From Acidimicrobiia bacterium (GTDB taxonomy: Bacteria; Actinomycetota; Acidimicrobiia; Spongiisociales; UBA5794), in assembly GCA_036985995.1 (NCBI GenBank), contig BTQS01000003.1:1-38069 (forward strand): DNA of 38,069 nt, written 5' to 3'. Position numbers and translations under genes: made by a program. Of the stretch, positions 27,932-37,115 are shown piece by piece (the first letter of the stretch is position 1; each line of letters begins with the position of its first letter). A model generated the notes under the pieces. The model was not told the DNA's origin, did not search any database, and saw nothing but the letters and a program-made list of their open reading frames with translations.

Positions 27932-29696
27932 TCCACTTCGTATCGCAAACGCGTCGGGATTCTATGGAGATCGGTTCTCTGCGATGGCCGAACAGATCTC
28001 CGGCGGCAAGATCGATGTTGTTACCGGCGATTATCTCGCCGAACTGACGATGCTCATTCTCTGGAAGGCAAAGCAGAAGTCGCCAGAGTCTGGTTATGCC
28101 GTGACATTCCTCAACCAGATGCGTGAGGTTCTCTCAGAAGTGGCGCAACAAGGAGTGAAGGTCGTTGCGAACGCCGGAGGCCTGAATCCGGCCGGACTCG
28201 CGAACGATCTGCGGACGATCGCCAAAACTCTCAAGGTCGACGTTTCGGTCGCGCATGTCGAGGGAGACGACCTCCTTCCTCGCCTTGGAGACCTGATCGA
28301 GAAGGGGCACGAGTTCAGGAACCTGGACTCCGGCGAGAGCCTTGCCGGCCTTACCGCCCTCCCACTGACTGCGAACGTGTACCTGGGCGCGTGGGGGATC
28401 GTGGAGGCTCTTGAACGCGGCGCCGACATCGTGGTCACCGGTCGTGTGGCCGACGCCGCCCTCGTCGTCGGACCCGCGGCATGGCGTCACCGATGGCAGC
28501 GAGACGACTGGAATCGGCTCGCGGGTGCCGTAGCTGCCGGCCACGTTCTCGAGTGTGGCACCCAGGCGACAGGAGGCAACTTCTCGTTCTTTCGCGAGAT
28601 CGCAGATCCCAGACATCCCGGGTTTCCCATAGCCGAGGTGGCCGAGGATGGGTCGAGCGTGATCACGAAACACATCGGCACTGCGGGGGCCGTGACCGTC
28701 GATACCGTCACCGCACAGATTCTCTACGAGATCGACGATCCTGCCTATCGGACTCCGGACGTCATTGCTCATTTCGACACGATCCAACTCGAGCAGGTGG
28801 CACAGGACAGGATCGCGCTTTCGGGTGTGCGTGGATCCCAGGCCCCCGAGGAACTCAAGGTCGCGATCAACTACCTCGGTGGCTACCGGAACTCCATGAC
28901 GCTTGTCTTGGTCGGCCTCGATGCTGAGGCGAAGGCGACACTCGTTGAGGAGACAATTCGCGCGGAATTGGCAGGAGACAGAGCACCAGACGTGCTCGAG
29001 TTCGCCTTCACCAACGGGGGAGAACCCGACGCCAACGTAAACGCGGAAGCTGCGTCGACGCTCACCATCACTGCAATGGACGCTGATCCTCTGGTCGTCG
29101 GCAGGGCATTCTCTGCCGCGGTCGTGGAACTGGCGCTCGGGAGCTACCCCGGATTCTTCGCAACAGCGCCCCCGGGTGGCGAATCATCGTACGGTGTCTA
29201 CTGGCCTGCGCTTGTGTCGCGGTCTGTCATCCACCAGGAGGTGGTGCTCGAGGATGGATCTCGTGTCGGGATCAGCGATCCGCCTCATGGCGAAGATGCC
29301 ACGGACCGGGATGGGGAAGCCGAGCCTCGTCCACCATGGGAAGGTGCGACACGTCCTGCGCCCCTCGGCATGGTCGTTGGCGCACGCTCCGGGGACAAGG
29401 GTGGAAACGCCAACATCGGCGTGTGGACACGGTCGGATGGCGCGTATCGCTGGCTGCTCCAAGAGCTGACCACGACAAGGCTCCAAGAACTTCTTCCCGA
29501 GACGGCTCCGCTCAGGGTTGACCGGTATGAACTGCCCAACATCCGGGGACTCAATTTCGTTGTACACCGCCTGCTCGGAGACGGTGTAGCTTCCTCGACC
29601 CGTTTCGACCCCCAGGCAAAGAGTCTCGGCGAGTGGTTGCGCGGCCGAATTGTCGACATCCCCGAGACGCTGCTGACGGTGAACCGTGAATGGTGA
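27924..29696 (+). CDS. Acyclic terpene utilization AtuA family protein (DUF1446-like)
   Basis: IANASGFYGDR, DYLAELTM, NAGGLNP, GHVLECGTQATGGN, ARSGDKGGNAN, DPQAKSLGE. Confidence 0.9.
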   Translation: MSDPLRIANASGFYGDRFSAMAEQISGGKIDVVTGDYLAELTMLILWKAKQKSPESGYAVTFLNQMREVLSEVAQQGVKVVANAGGLNPAGLANDLRTIAKTLKVDVSVAHVEGDDLLPRLGDLIEKGHEFRNLDSGESLAGLTALPLTANVYLGAWGIVEALERGADIVVTGRVADAALVVGPAAWRHRWQRDDWNRLAGAVAAGHVLECGTQATGGNFSFFREIADPRHPGFPIAEVAEDGSSVITKHIGTAGAVTVDTVTAQILYEIDDPAYRTPDVIAHFDTIQLEQVAQDRIALSGVRGSQAPEELKVAINYLGGYRNSMTLVLVGLDAEAKATLVEETIRAELAGDRAPDVLEFAFTNGGEPDANVNAEAASTLTITAMDADPLVVGRAFSAAVVELALGSYPGFFATAPPGGESSYGVYWPALVSRSVIHQEVVLEDGSRVGISDPPHGEDATDRDGEAEPRPPWEGATRPAPLGMVVGARSGDKGGNANIGVWTRSDGAYRWLLQELTTTRLQELLPETAPLRVDRYELPNIRGLNFVVHRLLGDGVASSTRFDPQAKSLGEWLRGRIVDIPETLLTVNREW

Positions 29697-29709
29697 GCTG
29701 TGAACCGTG
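29679..29709. repeat. Heptamer tandem repeat (GTGAnnn)x4+
   Basis: GTGAACC GTGAATG GTGAGCT GTGAACC GTG spanning the atuA-like stop. Confidence 0.75.
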
Positions 29710-29750
29710 CTTTTACTACCGTTGACCTCCACGGCACTGAAAGGACCTCT

Positions 29751-30998
29751 GTGGACAACGACATTCTTGACATATCGCTTGCAGAAAAAGGCCATCTTCG
29801 TATCGAATGGGCCGCCCGGAGGATGCCTGTGCTTGCCGCGATCAGGGAGCGGTTCGAAAAGGAGAAACCGCTTGCCGGAGTGAGGATCGGTGCATGCATG
29901 CATGTCACGACTGAGACGGCGAATCTCATGCAGACCCTCATCGCCGGCGGAGCTGAGGTCGCTCTGTGCGCATCGAACCCACTCTCGACCCAGGATGATG
30001 CCGCCGCTGCGCTTGTCGACTTGGGCATTCCGACGTATGCCGTGCGAGGGGAGGACGCCGACACTTTCTATGAGCACATCGACGCTGTGCTCGACACCCA
30101 GCCACATCTCGTCTTCGATGATGGCGCGGACATGACGACCGTGCTGCACAAAGAACGCGTGAGCCAGGCCGTTGTCGGTGGAATGGAGGAGACGACGACA
30201 GGTGTGATCCGTCTCAAGGCGATGGAGTCTGACGGCGTACTCCGGTACCCGATCGTCGCCGTGAACGATTCGGACACGAAACACCTCTTCGACAATCGCC
30301 ACGGCACGGGCCAGTCCAGCCTCGATGGCATCCTGAGGGCTTCGAACATTCTCTTCGCGGGAAAGCGAGTCGTCGTTGCCGGGTTCGGGGACTGCGGCTG
30401 GGGCATCGCCACGAGGGCAAAGGGCCTCGGGGCGGACGTCATCGTCACCGAGATCGACCCGATCCGCGCGGTCGCCGCAACCATGGAAGGTCACCGGGTC
30501 ATGACCGGTGCCGAAGCTGCGGAAATCGGGGAGGTGTTCATCACTGCAACCGGCAACATCCATGTGTTCCGTGCAGAGCACTTCGACAAGATGCACGACG
30601 GGACCATCATCGCCAACGCCGGTCATTTCGACGTTGAACTTGACCTCGTCGCGCTCGATGAGATGTCTGTATCCCGTAGGGTGCTCAGAGACAATCTCGA
30701 AGAATTCACGCTCGAGGACGGTCGACGAATTCTCGTTGTCGCCGAGGGAAGGCTCGTGAACCTCGGTGCCGCTGAGGGACATCCTGCCGATGTGATGGAC
30801 ATGTCCTTTGCAGATCAGGCCTTCGCTGCAGAGTGGATCATCGATAATCAGGACACGCTCGAGGCAAAGGTATACGTGCTTCCCCAGGAGCTCGACGAGG
30901 AGGTCGCTCGTCTCAAACTCGAAGCGATGTCCGGTTCTCTCGAGCAACTCACTCCAGCCCAGGAGCACTACCTCTCGTCGTGGGAGCACGGAACCTGA
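29751..30998 (+). CDS. ahcY: Adenosylhomocysteinase (SAH hydrolase)
   Basis: CMHVTTETA, SNPLSTQD, DDGAD, EETTTG, KHLFDNRHGTGQS, GRLVNL..AEGHP; AAGGA SD before GTG 29751 (the track start at 29700 lies in the repeat). Confidence 0.96.
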   Translation: MDNDILDISLAEKGHLRIEWAARRMPVLAAIRERFEKEKPLAGVRIGACMHVTTETANLMQTLIAGGAEVALCASNPLSTQDDAAAALVDLGIPTYAVRGEDADTFYEHIDAVLDTQPHLVFDDGADMTTVLHKERVSQAVVGGMEETTTGVIRLKAMESDGVLRYPIVAVNDSDTKHLFDNRHGTGQSSLDGILRASNILFAGKRVVVAGFGDCGWGIATRAKGLGADVIVTEIDPIRAVAATMEGHRVMTGAEAAEIGEVFITATGNIHVFRAEHFDKMHDGTIIANAGHFDVELDLVALDEMSVSRRVLRDNLEEFTLEDGRRILVVAEGRLVNLGAAEGHPADVMDMSFADQAFAAEWIIDNQDTLEAKVYVLPQELDEEVARLKLEAMSGSLEQLTPAQEHYLSSWEHGT

Positions 30999-31750
30999 CA
31001 GATTCCGCCACCCGCAGATATCTCGCACGGATCGGACTCAACGAGGCTCCTCCGGTCGATGTGCACGGGCTCGAGACGTTGCAGCGGGCGCATCTGACCA
31101 GCGTGCCGTTCGAGAATCTTGACATCTATGCGAGACGCGGCGTCGAAACAGGTCTTGACAGGTCGGTGCCCAAGATCGTCGAAGGGCATCGAGGCGGGTG
31201 GTGTTTCGAACTCAATGGTGCTTTCAGCGGTCTGCTGGCTGCCCTGGGTTTCGAAGTCCGACGGTTGGGCGCGACGGTCCTTCTTCCGGGTGCCTTGAGT
31301 GAGCCCAGTCACCTCACCCTCGAGGTGACACTCGAATTCCCGTTCCTGGTCGATGTCGGGTTCGGTGACACCTTCATCAAACCGCTGAGGTTGGATCTCG
31401 AGGGGCCACAGGACGGTGGGTCCGGCGAGTTCGCGTTCGTAGCCGACGGGGAAGACAAGACCTTGTTCCAGGTTGGCGGCGATGGATCACTCGTTCCGCA
31501 GTACCGATTCGGACCGACCGAATGCGGCTTGCAGGACTTCGATGTCGCGTCGGAGCGCCTGCAGATGGAGACAGGGTCATATTGGACGAGGGCACGTTTC
31601 GTCACGCGTTTGCTCGCGGGGGGACCAGACCGGGTGACGCTGCTCAAGGATCGCATCAAGTTTCGCCGCAACGGTGTGTGGAGCGAGCAGCCGATCACAG
31701 CCCACGACTGGCCGGGGGAGTTGGAACGCTGGTTCGAAATGATCCCGTAA
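30980..31750 (+). CDS. nat: Arylamine N-acetyltransferase family protein
   Basis: YLARIG, VPFENLD, RGGWCFELN, SH, DVGFG: intact Cys-His-Asp triad; start uncertain. Confidence 0.9.
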   Translation: MGARNLTDSATRRYLARIGLNEAPPVDVHGLETLQRAHLTSVPFENLDIYARRGVETGLDRSVPKIVEGHRGGWCFELNGAFSGLLAALGFEVRRLGATVLLPGALSEPSHLTLEVTLEFPFLVDVGFGDTFIKPLRLDLEGPQDGGSGEFAFVADGEDKTLFQVGGDGSLVPQYRFGPTECGLQDFDVASERLQMETGSYWTRARFVTRLLAGGPDRVTLLKDRIKFRRNGVWSEQPITAHDWPGELERWFEMIP

Positions 31751-31788
31751 CGGTAAACCTGTCCCAGGTTGTTGATACGGTCAACGAC

Positions 31789-32511
31789 ATGTTTTGTCTC
31801 GCGTGTGCAATGCCTGGATGGCCGCTTTGCGACCCGTGTGTCGCGTCGTTGAGGCGAGCGCCACCGACAGTTGTCTGCGGTGTGCCCGTCGAGGCCGGAT
31901 TTCGTCACGTCGGTGCGGCCGTGCATCTCGTGCACAACCTCAAATATCGTCGGTCGATACGTGCAGGCAGGATTCTTGCGGCGGCAATGGTGTCGGGCCT
32001 GCCCCGTGACACAGCGGTGCTTGTACCTATTCCGAGGTCGTTTGTTCGCAGGGTGACCTATGGCATCGACCAGGCACGCGTACTTGCGGATGAGGTGGGC
32101 AACCTCACCGGAATCGAGGTGCTCGATGCGCTGGGCGCGCCGCTGTGGTGGAAGCGCAGGGCCGGCGCTAGGCGGAGGGATCGTCATGCCATCGATTTCA
32201 GGAGGATCGCCGCCGTGCCAGAAGGTTGCGTTCTCGTCGATGATGTATTCACGACTGGTTCGACGGTGATGAGCGCAGTCGCTGTTTCAGGGTCCCGGAG
32301 AATCTCGGTACTCGTGGCGACCTCAGCGGGTACTATGGAGTCAGGAACGCCGCTGTTCCCGAGCCTTGGAGGTGACGTGACGCAGATGCGTGAGAAGGCC
32401 AACACCCCGTCACACGCCGCGCGACCACGCCTCCAGACTGAATCCCCCGAAGCCGGCTCGGTTGTGTTGCCGCGCTCGCTTCGTTTCATCGACCGAGAGG
32501 AGATCGGGTGA
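31789..32511 (+). CDS. comF: ComF family protein (zinc finger + phosphoribosyltransferase domain) with C-terminal extension
   Basis: CLAC...CDPC, LKY, VLVPIP, VLVDDVFTTGST; TACGGT 7 nt before ATG 31789; sits before hpf. Confidence 0.85.
   Translation: MFCLACAMPGWPLCDPCVASLRRAPPTVVCGVPVEAGFRHVGAAVHLVHNLKYRRSIRAGRILAAAMVSGLPRDTAVLVPIPRSFVRRVTYGIDQARVLADEVGNLTGIEVLDALGAPLWWKRRAGARRRDRHAIDFRRIAAVPEGCVLVDDVFTTGSTVMSAVAVSGSRRISVLVATSAGTMESGTPLFPSLGGDVTQMREKANTPSHAARPRLQTESPEAGSVVLPRSLRFIDREEIG
32331..32507 (+). promoter_or_regulatory. Putative hpf promoter (-10 TACTAT) and structured 5' leader
   Basis: TACTAT at 32331-32336 followed by several complementary segments (see findings). Confidence 0.45.
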
Positions 32512-33053
32512 CCGTTCGAGTTCACGGCAAGAACATGCAGGTACCCAACGACATGCGTGACTTCGCGACGGAACGCGTCGAACATGCAGGGAGGATCTTT
32601 GACAACGGCGGAGACGTCGACGTCGAGTTCACCGAGAGCCACAATCCACGTCGGGCAGACGGTAAGTACCGAGTTGAGATCACGACCAATGCCGCAGGAC
32701 ACATCGTTCGTGTGGAAGCAGAGGCCGCAGAAGAACGAACAGCCGTTGATCTCGCATCCGATAGATACGAGCGCCAGCTCCGCAAGCTGAAGACGAAACT
32801 GATCCAACGAAACCGGGTGTCGAACAAAGACCTAAACCACGTGTCTAGTCAGTCCGATGTTGATGAAGACCGTGGCGTTGCGATCGTCAGAACCAAACGG
32901 TTCTCGATGAAACCGATGTCCCCAGAGGAAGCTGCATTGCAGATGGAAATGCTCGGACACGAGTTCTTCTTCTTCCTCGATGCGGATGCGAACCGACACT
33001 GTGTTGTGTATCGGCGACGCGACGGCAACGTAGGACTGATCGAACCGGAGTGA
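32508..33053 (+). CDS. hpf: Ribosome hibernation promoting factor (long HPF/RaiA with C-terminal dimerisation domain)
   Basis: VHGKNMQV, ERQLRKLK.K, IVRTKRF.MKPMSPEEAALQMEMLGHEFFFF, VVYRRRDG.VGLIE; AGGAG SD. Confidence 0.95.
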   Translation: MTVRVHGKNMQVPNDMRDFATERVEHAGRIFDNGGDVDVEFTESHNPRRADGKYRVEITTNAAGHIVRVEAEAAEERTAVDLASDRYERQLRKLKTKLIQRNRVSNKDLNHVSSQSDVDEDRGVAIVRTKRFSMKPMSPEEAALQMEMLGHEFFFFLDADANRHCVVYRRRDGNVGLIEPE

Positions 33054-33065
33054 GCCGGAGCTGAG

Positions 33066-33716
33066 ATGAAAAGATTGCTCGTCGTAGATGATGTTCACCT
33101 GTTCAGGGCTGGCCTGACAGCCGCCCTGACCGGGGCAGGCTACGACGTGATCGGAGAAGCGGCCAATGCTGAGGCTGCGGTTGCAGTCGCGGAATCCGAA
33201 CTGCCGGACATCGTTCTTCTGGACATCCTCATGCCGGGTATGTCAGGCATCGACGTGCTCGGGAAGATCAAAGCCGCCTCGCCGTCCTCTGAGGTCGTTC
33301 TCCTCACAGGCTCCGAATCGGACGAGGACCTGATCGCTGCCATCCGAGGCGGTGCTCGAGGGTACATCCTCAAGGACATGCCCTTCGACGAGCTTGTAGC
33401 CGCGATCGACAACATTGCTCGAGGTGGCGCAGCAGTTTCTCCCGGAATGGCAGGCAAGCTCTTTGACATCGCCAGAGAACTTCTCCTGCATCAGGAATTG
33501 ATCAGCACTCGCAAGCCGACGCTGACTGGACGTGAGCTCGAGGTCCTTGGTCTCGTCGCAGATGGCAAGACGTCTCGCCAGATCGGTGATCTTCTCTACA
33601 TCTCAGAGAACACAGTGAAGAACCACATTCGGAACATCCTCGACAAGCTCGGATTGCACTCACGCAACGAAGCGGTTCTCTACGCCGTCAGGGAGAATCT
33701 GATCACCCTTCCTTGA
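33066..33716 (+). CDS. NarL/LuxR family response regulator (no cognate kinase adjacent)
   Basis: VVDD, LLDILMP, GARGYILK receiver domain; LTGRELEVL...ISENTVKNHIRNILDKL HTH. Confidence 0.93.
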   Translation: MKRLLVVDDVHLFRAGLTAALTGAGYDVIGEAANAEAAVAVAESELPDIVLLDILMPGMSGIDVLGKIKAASPSSEVVLLTGSESDEDLIAAIRGGARGYILKDMPFDELVAAIDNIARGGAAVSPGMAGKLFDIARELLLHQELISTRKPTLTGRELEVLGLVADGKTSRQIGDLLYISENTVKNHIRNILDKLGLHSRNEAVLYAVRENLITLP

Positions 33717-33788
33717 TCGGTTGTTGATCGGCGCCGTTGCGGGACATTGTTCGAGATAGGCGGTTAGCTCCGTAGAATCCGTACCGCC

Positions 33789-36443
33789 ATGTCCCTTTTC
33801 AACAAAGCGCTCCGTTTGGGCGAGGGCAAACGACTCCGAGAGCTGGAACGGCTCGCCGAGGATGTCAATGCCCTCGAAGCAGAAGTCGAACAGCTTTCAG
33901 ATGAAGAGCTTGCAGCTCGTACTCCGTGGTTCAGGGAACGCCTTGATGCCGGTGAGACGCTCGACGACATCGAGGCCGAGGCATACGCCACGGTACGCGA
34001 GGCGTCGATACGTGTGCTCGGCCAGCGCCACTACGACGTTCAGGTAATCGGAGCGGGCACTCTGCACCGTGGCATGATCGCCGAGATGAAGACGGGCGAG
34101 GGCAAGACTCTCGTCGGCACGATGCCTGCCTACCTCAATGCACTGAGCGGAGGGGGCGTCCACATCGTCACAGTGAACGACTATCTCGCCAGTAGGGACG
34201 CCGATTGGATGGGCAACATCCACCGTTTCCTTGGCCTCGATGTCGGCATCATCCAGGCATGGATGACGCCTGAGGAACGCCGCCCCGGTTATGAAGCGGA
34301 CATCACGTACGGCACGAACAACGAGTTCGGTTTCGACTATCTGCGTGACAACATGACGATGACCCCTGAACACATGGTGCAGCAGGGGCATGCGTTCGCG
34401 ATCGTCGATGAGGTCGACTCGATCCTGATCGACGAGGCCAGGACCCCGCTGATAATCTCGGGTCGCGTGGGGGAGACCGGCAAGTGGTATACCGAGTTCG
34501 CCCGCATCGCATCGAGGCTCCGAGAGGATGAGGACTACGAGGTCGACCTGAAGAAGCGGCAAGTGATCACGACGGAGCCGGGTGTTACCCGCGTGGAGGG
34601 GATCCTTGGCGTCGAGAACATGTACGACTTTGCGAACGTCGATTTCATCCATCACCTCGATGTTGCTCTCAAAGCCAAGACGCTCTACCAGAAGGACGTC
34701 GACTACATGATTCGCAACGGCGAAGTCATGATCGTTGATGAATTCACGGGCCGAGTCCTCGAGGGTCGACGATATTCAGAAGGTCTCCATCAGGCGATCG
34801 AGGCCAAAGAAGGCGTGCACATCAAGGAAGAGAACCAGACGCTTGCCACGATCACCCTCCAGAACTACTTCCGCATGTACGAGAAACTCTCGGGCATGAC
34901 CGGTACAGCCTTTACGGAAGAGGGCGAGTTCGTCGAGATCTACGGTCTTGTCGTCGTTGTCATCCCAACCAACAGGCCGACCGTCCGATTGGACGCCGGT
35001 GACGTTGTATATGTGGACGAAGACCACAAGTTCGCAGCGCTGGCCGACGACATCGAGGAACGCAACGGTCTCGGGCAACCGATTCTTGTTGGGACTACTT
35101 CGATCGAGAAGTCTGAGCGGGTAGCAGACACACTGAAACGTAGGGGAATCGACTTCGAGGTCTTGAACGCAAAACAGCACGAACGTGAGGCACATATCGT
35201 CGCCCAGGCCGGCAAGTCAGGCGCGATAACCGTCGCAACGAACATGGCAGGCCGTGGCGTCGACATCATGCTCGGCGGCAACCCTGTCGAGCTCGCGAAA
35301 GCCGCCATCCGAAAGAAGGGGCTCTCCCCCGACGATGAAGGATACGACAGGGAGTACGAGCGAGTACTTGCCGAATCCACCGCCGAAACCGAACGCGACA
35401 AACAGCGGGTGCTCGACGCCGGCGGCCTGTATGTGTTAGGCACCGAACGGCATGAGTCGCGTCGAATCGACAATCAGTTACGCGGCCGTTCGGGCCGTCA
35501 GGGTGATCCAGGTGAGAGTCGCTTCTATCTGTCCCTGGAGGATGATCTCATGCGTCGCTTTGCGAATGAGCGTGTTGCATCGATCATGTCGAGGCTCAAA
35601 ATCCCGCCGGACGTTCCAATCGAGGCGAGGATGGTGACCAAGTCGATCGAGCGAGCGCAGACCCAGGTCGAATCGCAGAACTTCGAGATTCGCAAGAACG
35701 TGCTGAAGTATGACGAGGTGATGAATACCCAACGCAAGATCATCTATCAGTGGCGAAACCAGATCCTGCAAGGCGATAACACCGAAGAGCTCCTTGCCGA
35801 TTGGCGTGACGACGTGGTTGAAGACACCGTGCGCGAGATGACAGACGAAGTCGACCCATCTGAGTGGGATTGGGAGGAGCTGCATGCCCGACTCGTCGAT
35901 CTTTACCCAACCAAACTCACGCGGGATAGTTTCGACAATCCACGAGACCTTGTCGCTGAAGAGGTGATTGATGCGTACCTTGCTGAGACTGCCGATGCGT
36001 ATGCCATACGAGAGAAGGAGCTCACTGCCCCGTTGATGCGATCACTCGAGAGAACTGTGGTGCTCTCCGTGATAGACAACAAGTGGCGCGAGCACCTTGC
36101 GGAGATGGACTATCTGAGGTCCGGAATCGGTCTTCGCGCGATGGGGCAGAGGGATCCGCTCGTCGAATATCAGCGGGAGGGTTTTGGCTTCTTCGAGGAA
36201 CTCGTTCACGCGACGAAGGCCGATTCGATTCGGTACATGTTCCATGTTGAGGTGGCACGGCGCGAGGAGCAGCCCAAGGCGCAAAGCCTCGTGACATCGA
36301 GTGCAAAGGGTGACGGAACGACACAGCGTCAGGTTCGACGTGAAGGCGACAAGATCGGTCGAAATGATCCATGCCCATGCGGATCAGGCAAGAAGTACAA
36401 GCGGTGCCACGGCGCTCCGGGAGCCGAGCCACTCCCGGCGTAG
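33789..36443 (+). CDS. secA: Preprotein translocase ATPase SecA with C-terminal SEC-C motif
   Basis: [80 protein letters not shown]. Confidence 0.98.
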   Translation: MSLFNKALRLGEGKRLRELERLAEDVNALEAEVEQLSDEELAARTPWFRERLDAGETLDDIEAEAYATVREASIRVLGQRHYDVQVIGAGTLHRGMIAEMKTGEGKTLVGTMPAYLNALSGGGVHIVTVNDYLASRDADWMGNIHRFLGLDVGIIQAWMTPEERRPGYEADITYGTNNEFGFDYLRDNMTMTPEHMVQQGHAFAIVDEVDSILIDEARTPLIISGRVGETGKWYTEFARIASRLREDEDYEVDLKKRQVITTEPGVTRVEGILGVENMYDFANVDFIHHLDVALKAKTLYQKDVDYMIRNGEVMIVDEFTGRVLEGRRYSEGLHQAIEAKEGVHIKEENQTLATITLQNYFRMYEKLSGMTGTAFTEEGEFVEIYGLVVVVIPTNRPTVRLDAGDVVYVDEDHKFAALADDIEERNGLGQPILVGTTSIEKSERVADTLKRRGIDFEVLNAKQHEREAHIVAQAGKSGAITVATNMAGRGVDIMLGGNPVELAKAAIRKKGLSPDDEGYDREYERVLAESTAETERDKQRVLDAGGLYVLGTERHESRRIDNQLRGRSGRQGDPGESRFYLSLEDDLMRRFANERVASIMSRLKIPPDVPIEARMVTKSIERAQTQVESQNFEIRKNVLKYDEVMNTQRKIIYQWRNQILQGDNTEELLADWRDDVVEDTVREMTDEVDPSEWDWEELHARLVDLYPTKLTRDSFDNPRDLVAEEVIDAYLAETADAYAIREKELTAPLMRSLERTVVLSVIDNKWREHLAEMDYLRSGIGLRAMGQRDPLVEYQREGFGFFEELVHATKADSIRYMFHVEVARREEQPKAQSLVTSSAKGDGTTQRQVRREGDKIGRNDPCPCGSGKKYKRCHGAPGAEPLPA

Positions 36444-36484
36444 TGCACTGATCGGGTTCCCCGGACTCGCGATTCTCGCGCTGT

Positions 36485-37102
36485 TCACACATCCACGGAG
36501 AAGTACTCAGCGATCTTGGATCGTAGTTGGCTCTCCGATAGTTGCCCGGTGACGACCTCGCGAACGATGCCTGAGGCGTCGACGAACACGGTCGTTGGCA
36601 TACCGATCCCACCAAATGCCGCGTAGACCACACCCTGTGGGTCGCGGGTCAGCCGGTAGGTGACACCTGTCTCCTCGGCGAGGCTCGTAGCCAGGCTCTG
36701 ATCGTCCTGGAGGTTGACACCGATGAAGGCGACTTCATCCAGTGTGGCCTGGCTGACCCGTTCGAAGTCTGGCATTTCAGCGATACAGAACGGGCACCAG
36801 GAGGCCCAGAAGTTCAAGACGACCGGCATTCCGGCTTCGCTGTACTGCGACAGGGTCACTTGCTCACCGTCGAAGTCAACCATCTCGACGCTGGGAGCCG
36901 GTGCTCCCTTGGAGGCCTGACCGGAGGCGGCCGCGGCGTCTTCGGGTGTCGGCCGCGTAAGGGTCAGGACGACGAGTAGCCCGATCACCACCACTGCGCC
37001 TCCTGCCCATTTGATGCGTCGGTTGCGCGTGCGTCGTTGCGCTTCTTGAATGCTGACTTCGCGGCGCTTGCTGCCTCGCAGCTTGTCCTGGGTTCCTGAC
37101 AC
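36485..37102 (-). CDS. TlpA/ResA-like membrane-anchored thiol-disulfide oxidoreductase
   Basis: AAGGAG SD before GTG 37102; TM anchor; NFWASWCPFC, GMPTTVFVD. Confidence 0.9.
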   Translation of the reverse strand: MSGTQDKLRGSKRREVSIQEAQRRTRNRRIKWAGGAVVVIGLLVVLTLTRPTPEDAAAASGQASKGAPAPSVEMVDFDGEQVTLSQYSEAGMPVVLNFWASWCPFCIAEMPDFERVSQATLDEVAFIGVNLQDDQSLATSLAEETGVTYRLTRDPQGVVYAAFGGIGMPTTVFVDASGIVREVVTGQLSESQLRSKIAEYFSVDV

Positions 37103-37115
37103 GGTGTTCTCCTTG

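Noticed and set aside
21245-29696. atu-like block as an active mobile element
   Set aside because: No integrase, transposase, terminal inverted repeats or flanking target duplication seen
29697-29750. SAH riboswitch expected upstream of ahcY
   Set aside because: Spacer is only about 54 nt, partly heptamer repeat, and lacks the GAGGAGCG / CAGGCTC / CGCTC-type core
29184-31028. 614-aa antisense ORF
   Set aside because: Shadow frame of ahcY and the atuA-like gene; expected from high-GC codon bias, with no recognisable motifs
32331-32507. Canonical large raiA-motif RNA
   Set aside because: The conserved strings I recall for that motif are not visible; retained only as an unassigned structured leader pending cmscan
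36444-36484. Terminator between convergent secA and tlpA
   Set aside because: Only a weak 5-bp stem (CGCGA-ttc-TCGCG) with no U-tract; insufficient support
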